From Promethearchaeota archaeon (GTDB taxonomy: Archaea; Asgardarchaeota; Lokiarchaeia; Sigyniarchaeales; SOKP01), in the NCBI GenBank assembly GCA_048941265.1, contig JBHLNT010000081.1, positions 1 through 17,394 of the forward strand: a DNA stretch of 17,394 nucleotides, read 5' to 3'. Numbering within the stretch: position 1 is the first letter of the stretch; each line of letters opens with the position of its first letter. The position numbers and the translations under genes are program-made. Positions 1 through 8,961 of this stretch are shown here, one piece after another. A model generated the notes under the pieces. The model was not told the DNA's origin. It saw only the letters and a list, made by a program, of their open reading frames with translations, and made no database searches.

Positions 1-123
1 CCAGAAAAAGATTAAAAATGTCAAATCCAGGATTAAAAAACTGTATAAAAAAATCCAAAACATAAAACTAACAGAAATTATCAACCCAATAACATAAAGA
101 ATTTCAGATTTTTCGAGTTCCAT
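1..123 (-). CDS. Membrane protein, N-terminal part only (runs off the window)
   Basis: Manual translation from ATG at 123: MELEKSEILYVIGLIISVSFMFWIFLYSFLILDLTFLIFFW. Open to position 1 and strongly hydrophobic. Not in the ORF track. Confidence 0.6.
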   Translation of the reverse strand, partial: MELEKSEILYVIGLIISVSFMFWIFLYSFLILDLTFLIFFW

Positions 124-403
124 ATATATTCTAAAGTATTTTTATATTTATGTCTTTTTAAAAATTTAGAAAACTAAAATAAAAAAGTTTTAAAGAACCC
201 AAAAGGCTTTTAAACATTCAATACTCAAATTATCCAAATTCAATGGTTCCTCTCCAAATTTAAGTCTTAATTGAATAGCAACTATTTCCGTTTTAGCAGG
301 ATTAATCAACGGTTCTATTGAATTAATAAGCAAAATTGTAAAAATTTATATAAAATAAAGAAGAAATTTTATTTTAAAATAGACATTTTTTTGGCGAGTT
401 TAA

Positions 404-541
404 ATGAAAAACAGAGAAAAAGCTCCAGCTTTAAGTAAAAGGGCAAAGAGACGGATTTAGTTCGTATTTTTTGTAGGAGTTATTGTAGGAGTTATAACAC
501 TCGCTGTAATTATATCAATACATAATTCTATTGGTAATTAA
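404..541 (+). pseudogene. Small basic-tail, single-TM ORF interrupted by an in-frame TAG
   Basis: MKNREKAPALSKRAKRRI*(TAG 458-460)FVFFVGVIVGVITLAVIISIHNSIGN*. A basic N-region is followed in frame by a hydrophobic helix. Confidence 0.35.
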
Positions 542-648
542 GTATATAATCACAATTCAATTTACCAATTTTTTTATTAAGATTGCTCATGAAGTCTCTC
601 TCATTTAATTAGAATGGAGTAGTTCATTAATTTAAAACGGACAATTAT

Positions 649-1107
649 TTAACTTACCTTATAGGTTCCAAATTCTCTATTTCTGTGAGTAAATTTAAAA
701 TGTTCTAAGTACTGCTCTACTTCACTATGAATCTCTTTTAGATTTTCATTTTTAAGAATACTTTTAAGAAAATCAAGAGATGAGAGATAAACTTCTCCTA
801 TAAACGTGTCTGTATTACTTATTCGGTAAGCTAATTCTAAAATAGCATCGGAATGTAAAGTTAAATCTACTGTTTGCTTGTAATTTTCTATAATTCTTTT
901 TTTAGTAATAAAGTTAGTCCAGAAAATTTCAAATATGAAATAATTTGCAAATTGTACTGCTTCAGTAAGTATAGCTACACCTATAGCTATTGCTACATCT
1001 CCTGTGATGATATATGCGGTTGTAAATCCCAGAAAAACCGTAATTATCCTATAAATAATACTTTTAAAAAGACTTTCTTTCCAGTCTAAATTTTCAACTT
1101 TTTCCAT
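649..1107 (-). CDS. DUF2061-like membrane protein with a soluble C-terminal extension
   Basis: The N-terminus ESLFKSIIYRIITVFLGFTTAYIITGD...IAILTEAVQFANYFIFEIFW fits the DUF2061 pattern (S..K...YR....AY..TG....E....Y...E..W). Two TM helices. Confidence 0.7.
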   Translation of the reverse strand: MEKVENLDWKESLFKSIIYRIITVFLGFTTAYIITGDVAIAIGVAILTEAVQFANYFIFEIFWTNFITKKRIIENYKQTVDLTLHSDAILELAYRISNTDTFIGEVYLSSLDFLKSILKNENLKEIHSEVEQYLEHFKFTHRNREFGTYKVS

Positions 1108-1725
1108 GATGCAAACTCCATTTTAGATTTAAGTAAATATTTTCTCAATTTGTTGATTTTAATCAAATTTAATATTAAATCTTTGTTAAAATTAAGTCAA
1201 AAAATCAATCCCGTCATTTATTTTATGCTTTAAATGAGCTTGAATTCAAAAAATTTAATGAAAAGTTGAAAGAATTGAATTCCTTATTAAATGAATTAGA
1301 AATTAATAAAAGTACTCAACCTAATGCATTTAAAAGTCCATACTTATTTACAACATTTTTTTTATTTTAAACAACTTACTTAAAATAAAAAAATGGGAAT
1401 TAGATTTAATTATTCTTTCACAATTCTGGCCGATATTAAGAATATTAAATATTAATTATTATATTATTTTGTTAAAAACTTCCGCGAGATGAAGAAATAG
1501 TAGAAAATAGAACTGAGAAATATATTGAATAGAAAACCAATAAAAATTAATTTTATTAAAACGAGCTATATATATAAAGAAGCATACTTTCATAGGAAAA
1601 TTGAAGAATTGCTTTTTATTATATAAGACTAATATTTTTCTTTTTGAATTAGCATTATTCAGATGGAAATAATTCAAGGAATTAATATTTTAAAAACATC
1701 AAATTATATCAGACAATAACTATTT

Positions 1726-1730
1726 GAGGA
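1726..1730 (+). promoter_or_regulatory. Shine-Dalgarno-like GAGGA upstream of the candidate ATT start of tfb
   Basis: GAGGA at 1726-1730, 10 nt before the in-frame ATT at 1741. Confidence 0.4.
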
Positions 1731-1740
1731 AAATAATAAA

Positions 1741-2652
1741 ATTAATAAATTAAGAGAAAGAATTAAATACAATAAGGGTTGTGATGATTTAAATCATTGT
1801 TGTTCTAATCCATCTTTTATAATTAAAAACGGAAATGAAGTATGTTTAAACTGTGGAACGATTATTGAACGTCGTTTTGTTGGAAACGAAAGACGAGCAT
1901 ATACTTCTGAGGAAGTTAATGAAAGAAGACAAAATGAACCTTTATGGAGAGATTTTGGACCTAGAACTATTTTTTCAACTAATAAACTTGATTATAAGGG
2001 TGGAACACTTAATGCTAAGAAAAGGCTTTTGTTTTCAAGATTATCAAAGATACAGCGGTCTTTGGTTAATTCATTAGAAAGGAATCTATGGGAGGCAAAA
2101 CCGAAATTAAGATTACTGGCTTCAAAACTTAACATTCCCGATTTTATTAAAGAAACAGCATGGAGAATATATTGCGAAGCAGCAAAAAATAAATTAACTA
2201 TGGGAAGGACTATTGATGGGTTTATAGCAGCTTCATTATATGCAGCTATTAGAATACATGAATTTCCAAGATTACTTGAAGATTTAGTAGATGCATCCAT
2301 GACTCCTAAACATACCATTTTTCGATCTTTAGGTTTGATTATCAAAGAAATATTACCTGCTTTAGATCTTAAATATCATCCAATTACAGTAAAACAACTA
2401 GTCTATCGCTTTGGTTATGAGTTAGGTTTACCTATGAATGTGCAAAAAAATGCAATTGACATGCTTTTAAGCTCCTCCAATAATAAATCAAAGTGGATTG
2501 GGAAGGATCCTAAAGGTTTAGCTGCTTCTGTTTTATATTTAGCAGCAAAAAATAATAATTTTAAAAAAACCCAAAAACAGGTAGCTGAGGTAGCAAATAT
2601 CACCGAAGTTACTTTAAGAACCAGATTAAAAGAGATAAAACATATGAGATAA
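1741..2652 (+). CDS. tfb: Transcription initiation factor IIB (TFB); start codon uncertain
   Basis: Two cyclin repeats with LTMGRTIDGFIAASLYAAIR, GKDPKGLAASVLY and TQKQVAEVANITEVTLRTRLKE. The frame of ORF 2029-2652 stays open back to 1720 and encodes the Zn-ribbon (CCSNP...EVCLNCG) and B-reader (ERRAYTSEE...EPLWRDFGPRT). 1741-2652 gives 303 aa, a normal TFB length. Confidence 0.92.
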   Translation: MNKLRERIKYNKGCDDLNHCCSNPSFIIKNGNEVCLNCGTIIERRFVGNERRAYTSEEVNERRQNEPLWRDFGPRTIFSTNKLDYKGGTLNAKKRLLFSRLSKIQRSLVNSLERNLWEAKPKLRLLASKLNIPDFIKETAWRIYCEAAKNKLTMGRTIDGFIAASLYAAIRIHEFPRLLEDLVDASMTPKHTIFRSLGLIIKEILPALDLKYHPITVKQLVYRFGYELGLPMNVQKNAIDMLLSSSNNKSKWIGKDPKGLAASVLYLAAKNNNFKKTQKQVAEVANITEVTLRTRLKEIKHMR

Positions 2653-2909
2653 CGTCGTTGCTATGAAAAATTATGTATTAACACTAATTTATTGTTTCTA
2701 ACAATTTCATACTAATATTTTTAGTCCTATTTTTAATTTATTGAATTTAAATCCCATTTTTAATATTTTAAAAATGAATTTAATTTAACTTTTAATTTTA
2801 CAAAATATAAAGTTTGAATTTATAATAAAGCATTATCCAAAAAAATATTGGATTAAATTTAGTTATATTAACTTAAGTTACTTCAATAAATTGGAGTGTG
2901 GAAAAAATT

Positions 2910-3242
2910 ATGAATGAAAAAAAATCAAAAACGAAAGAAAGAAGAACGGGAAGAAAAAAGATATTTCCACCAATTATTTGTACATCTAATGATGAAAACG
3001 ATAATAAATATATCATTGACGTAACCTTACCAGGGGTAAAAAAAGAAAATATTTCTTTAAGATTAAATGAAGATCGACTCTATATTGAAGGAGAAAGTAG
3101 CAAATACAAATATTTAGGAGGTACAGAATTTTGCTGTCAAATAAATCCCGAAAAAGCAGGGTTCACTTATAGTGATGGTTCCGTAAAGATATATGCCCCT
3201 TTTAAAGAAATTGAAATAGATACTTCTAAAATAGAGGCTTAG
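2910..3242 (+). CDS. Small heat-shock protein, Hsp20/alpha-crystallin family
   Basis: YIIDVTLPGVKKENISLRLNEDRLYIEGE...INPEKAGFTYSDGSVKIYAP is the alpha-crystallin signature. ATG 2910 follows GGAG at 2893-2896 (the track uses GTG 2898). Confidence 0.88.
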   Translation: MNEKKSKTKERRTGRKKIFPPIICTSNDENDNKYIIDVTLPGVKKENISLRLNEDRLYIEGESSKYKYLGGTEFCCQINPEKAGFTYSDGSVKIYAPFKEIEIDTSKIEA

Positions 3243-3396
3243 GCTTAACGAAATATCTTTTTATTTTTTTTTAGCCAGACGAAATGATAAATATTAGGAG
3301 ATCTTCAATTGATTATGTTAATCCTTAAACTGTAGTGGAAGTAAATTTACCTATGTTATTTTTAAGCATTATTAAGATTTAAAATAAAATCTTAAA

Positions 3397-4326
3397 TCAT
3401 TTATCTTTTTCTGATCTTTTTCCAAAATCGCCAAGATGTTTGAATCTTCCGCCTAAAATATTTACCATATCAGAAGGAACTATAATCCAACCACCTTTCT
3501 CTTTCATCGATTCATAAAGTATATTCATAGCTCTTAAATTTAAAGCAATTTCATCACTTTCGTAAATGCGTGCAGCATTAAGAAATCTATTAGCAATTTG
3601 TTCCTCAGAACCAGCTAAAATTACTCGTGCTTGGCGTTCTCTTTCAGCTTGTGCTTGACGACTCATTGCATCCTGTAAAGCTGTTGGTATAATCACATCT
3701 CTAATCTCAACAGATATTGATTTTACACCCCATTCTTCTGTTCGCTCATCTATTATCTTTTCAAGATCATGAGATAATTCTTCACGTCCTGCAAGCATTT
3801 GACTCAGTTCGGTTTTTCCAATAATATCACGAAGTGATGTTTGGGCTGCCCATGAAATTGCTTTTTGATAATCTTGAACTTTAAGTGCTGCTTTATAAGA
3901 GTCAAGAACTTGCCAAAATAAAACAGCATCCACATTAACCGGCACATTGTCTTTAGTTAAAGTTTGTTCAGCAGAAAAAGTAGTCGTTATTATTCTAATA
4001 TCTAAGGAAAAAGGTATTTTGTATAGAAATGGAAATATCCACATTACCCCCGGACCTCCCATTTTTTTATATTTTCCTAACCGTAAAGTCGGAACTCGTA
4101 TCCACTCGGGGATTATATATAAACCCATTAAGATAAAGCCTATTACTGTGATAAACGCTAACCCTATAATTAGCCCTAAACTTATGGGAATTCCTAAAGT
4201 TATGAAAACGATCAACATTACAATTATAGAAAATAATCCCACAATGAAGAAAAAATAGCCTATACCACGTAGAGAGCCTCCTCCGATTTTGCTTCCATAA
4301 TTAATATTTGTAGACATGATTATCAT
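3397..4326 (-). CDS. SPFH/band 7 (stomatin/slipin-like) membrane protein
   Basis: N-terminal TM helices, then LTKDNVPVNVDAVLFWQV, AQTSLRDIIG, WGVKSISVEIRDV and AMSRQAQAERERQARVILA. Confidence 0.95.
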   Translation of the reverse strand: MIIMSTNINYGSKIGGGSLRGIGYFFFIVGLFSIIVMLIVFITLGIPISLGLIIGLAFITVIGFILMGLYIIPEWIRVPTLRLGKYKKMGGPGVMWIFPFLYKIPFSLDIRIITTTFSAEQTLTKDNVPVNVDAVLFWQVLDSYKAALKVQDYQKAISWAAQTSLRDIIGKTELSQMLAGREELSHDLEKIIDERTEEWGVKSISVEIRDVIIPTALQDAMSRQAQAERERQARVILAGSEEQIANRFLNAARIYESDEIALNLRAMNILYESMKEKGGWIIVPSDMVNILGGRFKHLGDFGKRSEKDK

Positions 4327-4421
4327 TTTTTTTAATATAATTAATATACTAACACTCTTCTTCGGTTTATATTCTTTTCATTAATATTTCATTAATTTTT
4401 TTTTAAATAATTAAAAAAAAA

Positions 4422-4550
4422 ATAAGTCAAGATAATTGAAAAAATTTGATGATATCCTCCCTTCTTTTGCTGAGCTTCAATTCAAATTGTTTTATAACAG
4501 AGAGCAGATCTTTCTGCGCTACATGCAACTATTCCAATATGTTTAACCAT
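4422..4550 (-). pseudogene. N-terminal remnant of an aspartate/amino-acid racemase family gene
   Basis: MVKHIGIVACSAERSALCYKTI*IEAQQKKGGYHQIFSII resembles the racemase N-terminus KHIGIVACSAEGAALCYRTIC. There is a TGA at 4482-4484 and no room for the remaining roughly 190 aa before the SPFH gene. Confidence 0.65.
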
Positions 4551-4642
4551 AGATGGTGCCTCTATTTACTAATATATTGCAGTTTTTTATTAGATTAGTG
4601 AGCTGTTTCTTATAAAAAATTCATATTTTTATTTTTTCATAC

Positions 4643-5464
4643 TTAGGTTATATTTTCAATTCTGTCTAACCATTCACCAACTAAGGAATTAAAAAGCTTT
4701 TCTTTTTCAATTTGAAGTATATGCCCTGCTTGATCCAATATCACAAATGATGCACGTGGATATTGTTCAATAATTTTCCAAGCGTCACGATATCCGACGA
4801 TAGAATCCTGTCTACCCATCAGAAATAATGCAGGTTTATCAAATTTTCCAATCATTATGTCAACATTAAATGAATAAGGATATCCCATGTTCCACATTGA
4901 TTCTAGAAAACTCTTATCAGAAACTTCTACTCCAGAAAAAAATTCATTCCTATATTTTTCCCATATTCTTCGATTTTGAATAACTGCGATATTTTCAAAA
5001 TCTTCTGCTTCAAATTTAGTCAAATTTGATAAAAGCTCAGGATCCTTCACTAAAATAACATGTTTTGGAAGATTTCGAGCATTAGGCCTAGCAAAAATTA
5101 CTGGACAAATAAATAAAACACCCTCTACAAATTCATATTTTCTAAGTATTACCCCTCTCGCCAAATAACTGCCATAAGATTCACTCACTATTATAAATGT
5201 TTGATTTGGAATTATTTTATCAATGAATTCAATTACAATATCAAGCATCTGGTCAGAGTTTTTAATCCAACTTTCTCCAGCAGTTTTTCCCATACCTGGT
5301 AAATCAAAATAAAAACGTTTATACCTGGGTTTATGATCGAATATTGGCTCCATACATCCCTTTAAAACCCGATGATCCACCTCAAATCCATGGAGCATTA
5401 AAATTGGATGCCCTTCACCATAAACTTCATAATAAATTGTAACTTTTTTAAGTTTACATTGCAT
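4643..5464 (-). CDS. Alpha/beta-fold hydrolase
   Basis: LMLHGF oxyanion motif, DLPGMGKT, nucleophile elbow SESYG (GxSxG variant), acid GRQD and catalytic His in AGH. Confidence 0.92.
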   Translation of the reverse strand: MQCKLKKVTIYYEVYGEGHPILMLHGFEVDHRVLKGCMEPIFDHKPRYKRFYFDLPGMGKTAGESWIKNSDQMLDIVIEFIDKIIPNQTFIIVSESYGSYLARGVILRKYEFVEGVLFICPVIFARPNARNLPKHVILVKDPELLSNLTKFEAEDFENIAVIQNRRIWEKYRNEFFSGVEVSDKSFLESMWNMGYPYSFNVDIMIGKFDKPALFLMGRQDSIVGYRDAWKIIEQYPRASFVILDQAGHILQIEKEKLFNSLVGEWLDRIENIT

Positions 5465-5597
5465 TTTATTTTAACTCTATTATGATAAATATTGATAACC
5501 TTCATAATATTCGGCAATAATGGAAAAAATTATTAATAAGGTTTGAATTTTTTTTTAAAATATACTAATTAAAATTAAGTAAAAAAGATGATAAATT

Positions 5598-5894
5598 ATG
5601 AGTAATGAAGAAGAACGGGAAGAGCGAGGCATTTTAGATAAGCTTAACAAATCATTTAGCGAGTTCGTTGGTAGTGTTTTCGGTGAATCCGGTAAGAATT
5701 TTATAGATGAAACGTCTGAAAAAATAAAAGAATTCTCTAACACCTCAATTAAGAAATTCATGGAATTTTCTGATGATTTATTAGAAAAACTGAACCTTAA
5801 TGAAAATGAGCAAGTTGTTAAAGCAAGGGATAGTGTTGAAGATCTGTTAAAGCAAACGGGGCTCTTAATAGAAGACGATGAGGAAGAATTCTAA
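5598..5894 (+). CDS. Hypothetical acidic helical protein (98 aa)
   Basis: ATG start, amphipathic helical pattern, acidic tail EDDEEEF and plausible codon usage. Confidence 0.7.
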   Translation: MSNEEEREERGILDKLNKSFSEFVGSVFGESGKNFIDETSEKIKEFSNTSIKKFMEFSDDLLEKLNLNENEQVVKARDSVEDLLKQTGLLIEDDEEEF

Positions 5895-6040
5895 TTAAAA
5901 GTATAATATGTTTTTATAAAACTAAGTTTATTTCTTAATTCTTTTTATTTTAAAATTATTGAATTAAAAAAGATAGATATAATGTCTTTTTTGCAAAATT
6001 TTCTATAAATGTTAGAAAAACTATACTTATACGTTTTTGT

Positions 6041-6080
6041 GTAGTGGTTTTTTTAATTTTATAAATAAAAGACCCACTAT
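6041..6080. terminator. Imperfect hairpin between convergent genes
   Basis: TAGTGGTTTTTTT...AAAAGACCCACTA forms a stem of about 13 bp with one mismatch and one G-U pair. Confidence 0.3.
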
Positions 6081-6327
6081 AAAATCGATTATTATATAGA
6101 TACTAGTTATAATCCCGGTTAAAATTTTTAAATCAGATAGATCAGATAACGTACAGAGTGACATCTATAATATTAGAATTCTTAAATGATATTGTGCGGT
6201 TATCGTTTATAAAACTTGCCCTACTTAATAAATTTGAGAGAATTAATTGTCATTAGAATTTCATAAAGTTCCCAAAATTTTATTAAAAATTGTTCAATGT
6301 TATTAAATAACGTGTAAAAAAAGAAAC

Positions 6328-6573
6328 TTATAATGAATCAGTCTTTTCAAGATATTCTTTAACATCACTTATAGGCTGATTAAAAAGTTCAGATATAACC
6401 ATCAAAGACATTTCCTGAGACATGCCCATAGAAGTATAATCTTTATATAACTGGATCCAAGTCTCATTTTTAGCATACTCACTTGGATGAAGTGATTGGA
6501 CATGCTGCCAATAAGGATGATGCAATAGCTCTCCACAATATGGGCAAGTTCGAGTTTCTTTGTCTTTAGTCAT
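6328..6573 (-). CDS. Small C2H2-type zinc-finger protein with a helical C-terminus
   Basis: CPYC-x10-HVQSLH motif followed by three short predicted helices. Confidence 0.75.
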   Translation of the reverse strand: MTKDKETRTCPYCGELLHHPYWQHVQSLHPSEYAKNETWIQLYKDYTSMGMSQEMSLMVISELFNQPISDVKEYLEKTDSL

Positions 6574-6817
6574 ACTTTTTCACAATTTTACAGATTGATG
6601 ATAAATTAAATTTTAAAATAATAATTATAATAAAATTTAGAAAAAATTATAATTTAAGCTTTTAGCTTTATATTGGATTTTATTGTCTTTTTATAAAGAA
6701 ATTCGCAAAGATTCTTAACATTATCAAAATTAATTATAGATTTGGTCTTCTCATTTTTAAAAAATTTTTTTATTTCTTTCACTATTTTTATCAATAGATA
6801 GTAAACAAAATGATATC

Positions 6818-7504
6818 ATGTCAGATCTTTCCTTTGATATAAAAATTGTCTATGATAATTTATGTCATGAAAAAGACTTCCTTATGGGATTCGGTTTTTC
6901 AGCATTAATATTTAATCACTTTACTCAGAATTATTTACTATTTGATACAGGTGCTAAGAGCGATGTTTTGTTTAATAATCTCGAAATGTTCAATGTAGAT
7001 ATAACAGATATTAAAAAAGTTGTTATTTCTCATTCACATCTAGATCATGCTGGAAGTTTAAGAGAGATTTATAATTTAAATCCTAAAATTGAGATATATG
7101 TTACAAAAGGCGATGAAAATGCATTTAAGAGTGCCTATTTGAATGCTAAAATTTACGGTACCTCGAGTTTAATGGAAATTGAAAAGAATATATATTCTTC
7201 GGGTCATTTTGATTGGTCGCATATAAATGAACATGCTTTATTTCTAAAAACAATTAAGAATGAAATTATTATAATTGTAGGATGCGCCCACCCCGGCTTA
7301 GAACAGTTCATTTTAAGAGCTAAAGAACTGAATGGCCGTATAAAAGCCGTTATAGGGGGATTTCATGGATTCAGGAATTTTTCTTATTTAGAAAACATCG
7401 AACTAATCGCAGCGTGCCACTGTACAAGATATAGAGAGGAAATTTATCGAAAATTCCCAAAACAATTTAAAAACCTCTGTGTTGGGCAAAATTTAACTTT
7501 CTAG
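6818..7504 (+). CDS. Metallo-beta-lactamase-fold hydrolase (COG1237 / MJ0301-like), paralog 1
   Basis: GFGFSALI, LLFDTG, HSHLDHAG (HxHxDH), GCAHPG, IGGFH and CHCT motifs. Confidence 0.92.
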   Translation: MSDLSFDIKIVYDNLCHEKDFLMGFGFSALIFNHFTQNYLLFDTGAKSDVLFNNLEMFNVDITDIKKVVISHSHLDHAGSLREIYNLNPKIEIYVTKGDENAFKSAYLNAKIYGTSSLMEIEKNIYSSGHFDWSHINEHALFLKTIKNEIIIIVGCAHPGLEQFILRAKELNGRIKAVIGGFHGFRNFSYLENIELIAACHCTRYREEIYRKFPKQFKNLCVGQNLTF

Positions 7505-7574
7505 ACAATTAATTCCCCTTTTTCACGCGACAAAGAGGAAAAACCTTTTATATGAAAGTATTATAAAAAATTAT

Positions 7575-8261
7575 ATGGAATCCATTTCAGTCACGTTTGA
7601 AGTTAAAATTGTTTTTGAGGGGACTCAAGGATATGAGGGATTTATAAGTGGACGGGGCTTTTCAGTATTAATCTACAATCATTTCACAGATAATTACTTA
7701 TTATTCGATACGGGTTCGGAAGGAGAAGCTTTAATACATAATATAGGAAAATGTGGAATAGAGCTTTCAGATATTAAAAAAGTAATAATCTCCCATAATC
7801 ATCAAGAACATTCCGGTGGTTTAGAAGAATTATATAATAGAAATCCTAAGATTGAAATTTACGTACCTATTGAGAATTTTATAACATATAATAGAAAATA
7901 TTCAAAATCTAAAGTGATGGGTGTTTTAAAATTTACCGAAATTGATACCAATATTTATTCTACTGGACAACTTGGAAATTATTTAAAAGAACAAGCATTA
8001 TTCTTAAAAACATATGAAGACAAGATAATAATCCTTGTAGGTTGTGCACATCCAGGACTAGACGAAATAATTATGATGGCTAAATCAATAGCACCAATAA
8101 AAGCCATAATCGGAGGCTTTCATAATTCGAGAAATTTAATATCTCTACAGAATATTGAATTCATAGGAGCTTGTCATTGCACTCAGAATTTAGATTTAAT
8201 AAAACAAAGATATCCCGAGCAATTTAATGATATAAACGTAGGAAAAGCTATAGAGTTTTAG
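7575..8261 (+). CDS. Metallo-beta-lactamase-fold hydrolase (COG1237 / MJ0301-like), paralog 2
   Basis: Same length (228 aa) and motifs as paralog 1: LLFDTG, HNHQEHSG, GCAHPG, IGGFH, CHCT. Confidence 0.9.
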   Translation: MESISVTFEVKIVFEGTQGYEGFISGRGFSVLIYNHFTDNYLLFDTGSEGEALIHNIGKCGIELSDIKKVIISHNHQEHSGGLEELYNRNPKIEIYVPIENFITYNRKYSKSKVMGVLKFTEIDTNIYSTGQLGNYLKEQALFLKTYEDKIIILVGCAHPGLDEIIMMAKSIAPIKAIIGGFHNSRNLISLQNIEFIGACHCTQNLDLIKQRYPEQFNDINVGKAIEF

Positions 8262-8473
8262 AAGATCTTTCAATTAGAATGTTGCGAAAGATGGATAGTA
8301 TATATATTTATCCTTCCAAAGATTACTAAGTTTACAAACTAACTCGTTATTCACAAATTAAAATAAGGTTAAAAGATTAAATAGCAATAATGATTTGTTA
8401 AATCTTAAGAACAAATTTTCTTGTATTTATCTAAATAATAAAAAGTAGAACTAAAACAAGTATAGAGCCAACA

Positions 8474-8926
8474 TTGAAAGAGGTTTACGATGTAGGAATT
8501 GTTTTCAGAGGATTTATATTGGTAAACAGTGAATTTAGAAAACTAGATACCGATAAGAACTCTGAAAGTAAAAGAGATATGAGAGGGGCCTTTATCAGTG
8601 CCATTAATTCATTTGCAGAAAGTGCCTTTATTAATAATCATTTAGAATATTTAGAATCAGGGAATTATCTCTTTATATTCAAGATGGGTGAAGTTAAGTC
8701 ATGTGACAATAATTCGAATGAACCTATCATTTTATATGGATTAACTGAGAAAAAAAAAAAGAATCCGAATAAAACTGTACGAAAATTTCTTGGAAAAGCA
8801 GAATTAATTTTAGAATCATTCATTCAAAAATTTAATGATAGGGATTTTACAGAACTTAACCAATTTGAACCCTTTAAAGAAGATTTAAAAGATTATTTCA
8901 TTAAAAAGCAGGAATCAATTATTTAG
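8474..8926 (+). CDS. Putative longin-like domain protein
   Basis: Pattern of two beta strands, a helix (GAFISAINSFAESAF), three beta strands (LEYLESGNYLFIF, IILYGL) and two helices ending FIQKF...FEPFKEDLKDYF. This is typical of Asgard longin-like ORFs. TTG start. Confidence 0.6.
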   Translation: MKEVYDVGIVFRGFILVNSEFRKLDTDKNSESKRDMRGAFISAINSFAESAFINNHLEYLESGNYLFIFKMGEVKSCDNNSNEPIILYGLTEKKKKNPNKTVRKFLGKAELILESFIQKFNDRDFTELNQFEPFKEDLKDYFIKKQESII

Positions 8927-8961
8927 ATCGAATTATTTACAAGTATAAAGAGATTTTAATC

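Noticed and set aside
190-333. 47-codon minus-strand ORF (LINSIEPLINPAKTEIVAIQLRLKFGEEPL...)
   Set aside because: Short, TTG start and no recognisable family.
874-1089. Track ORF, 71 aa (+)
   Set aside because: Antisense shadow of the DUF2061-like gene with no recognisable motif.
1179-1370. Start-less frame IFVKIKSKNQSRHLFYALNELEFKKF..., reminiscent of a winged-helix wing
   Set aside because: No start codon before the wing-like segment and only weak resemblance. It could be a remnant but cannot be supported without a search.
1459-1677. Track ORF, 72 aa (-)
   Set aside because: Composition (F, I, N, K) reflects AT-rich intergenic DNA upstream of tfb.
1853-2603. Track ORFs 1853-2077 (+), 1992-2345 (-) and 2415-2603 (-)
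   Set aside because: All overlap the TFB reading frame, out of frame or antisense.
3947-4258. Track ORF, 103 aa (+)
   Set aside because: Antisense shadow of the SPFH gene.
5555-5761. Track ORF, 68 aa (-)
   Set aside because: Antisense shadow of 5598-5894.
5895-6327. tRNA or structured ncRNA in the long intergenic gap
   Set aside because: No GC-rich cloverleaf or T-loop motif. Only the small hairpin at 6041-6080 is visible.
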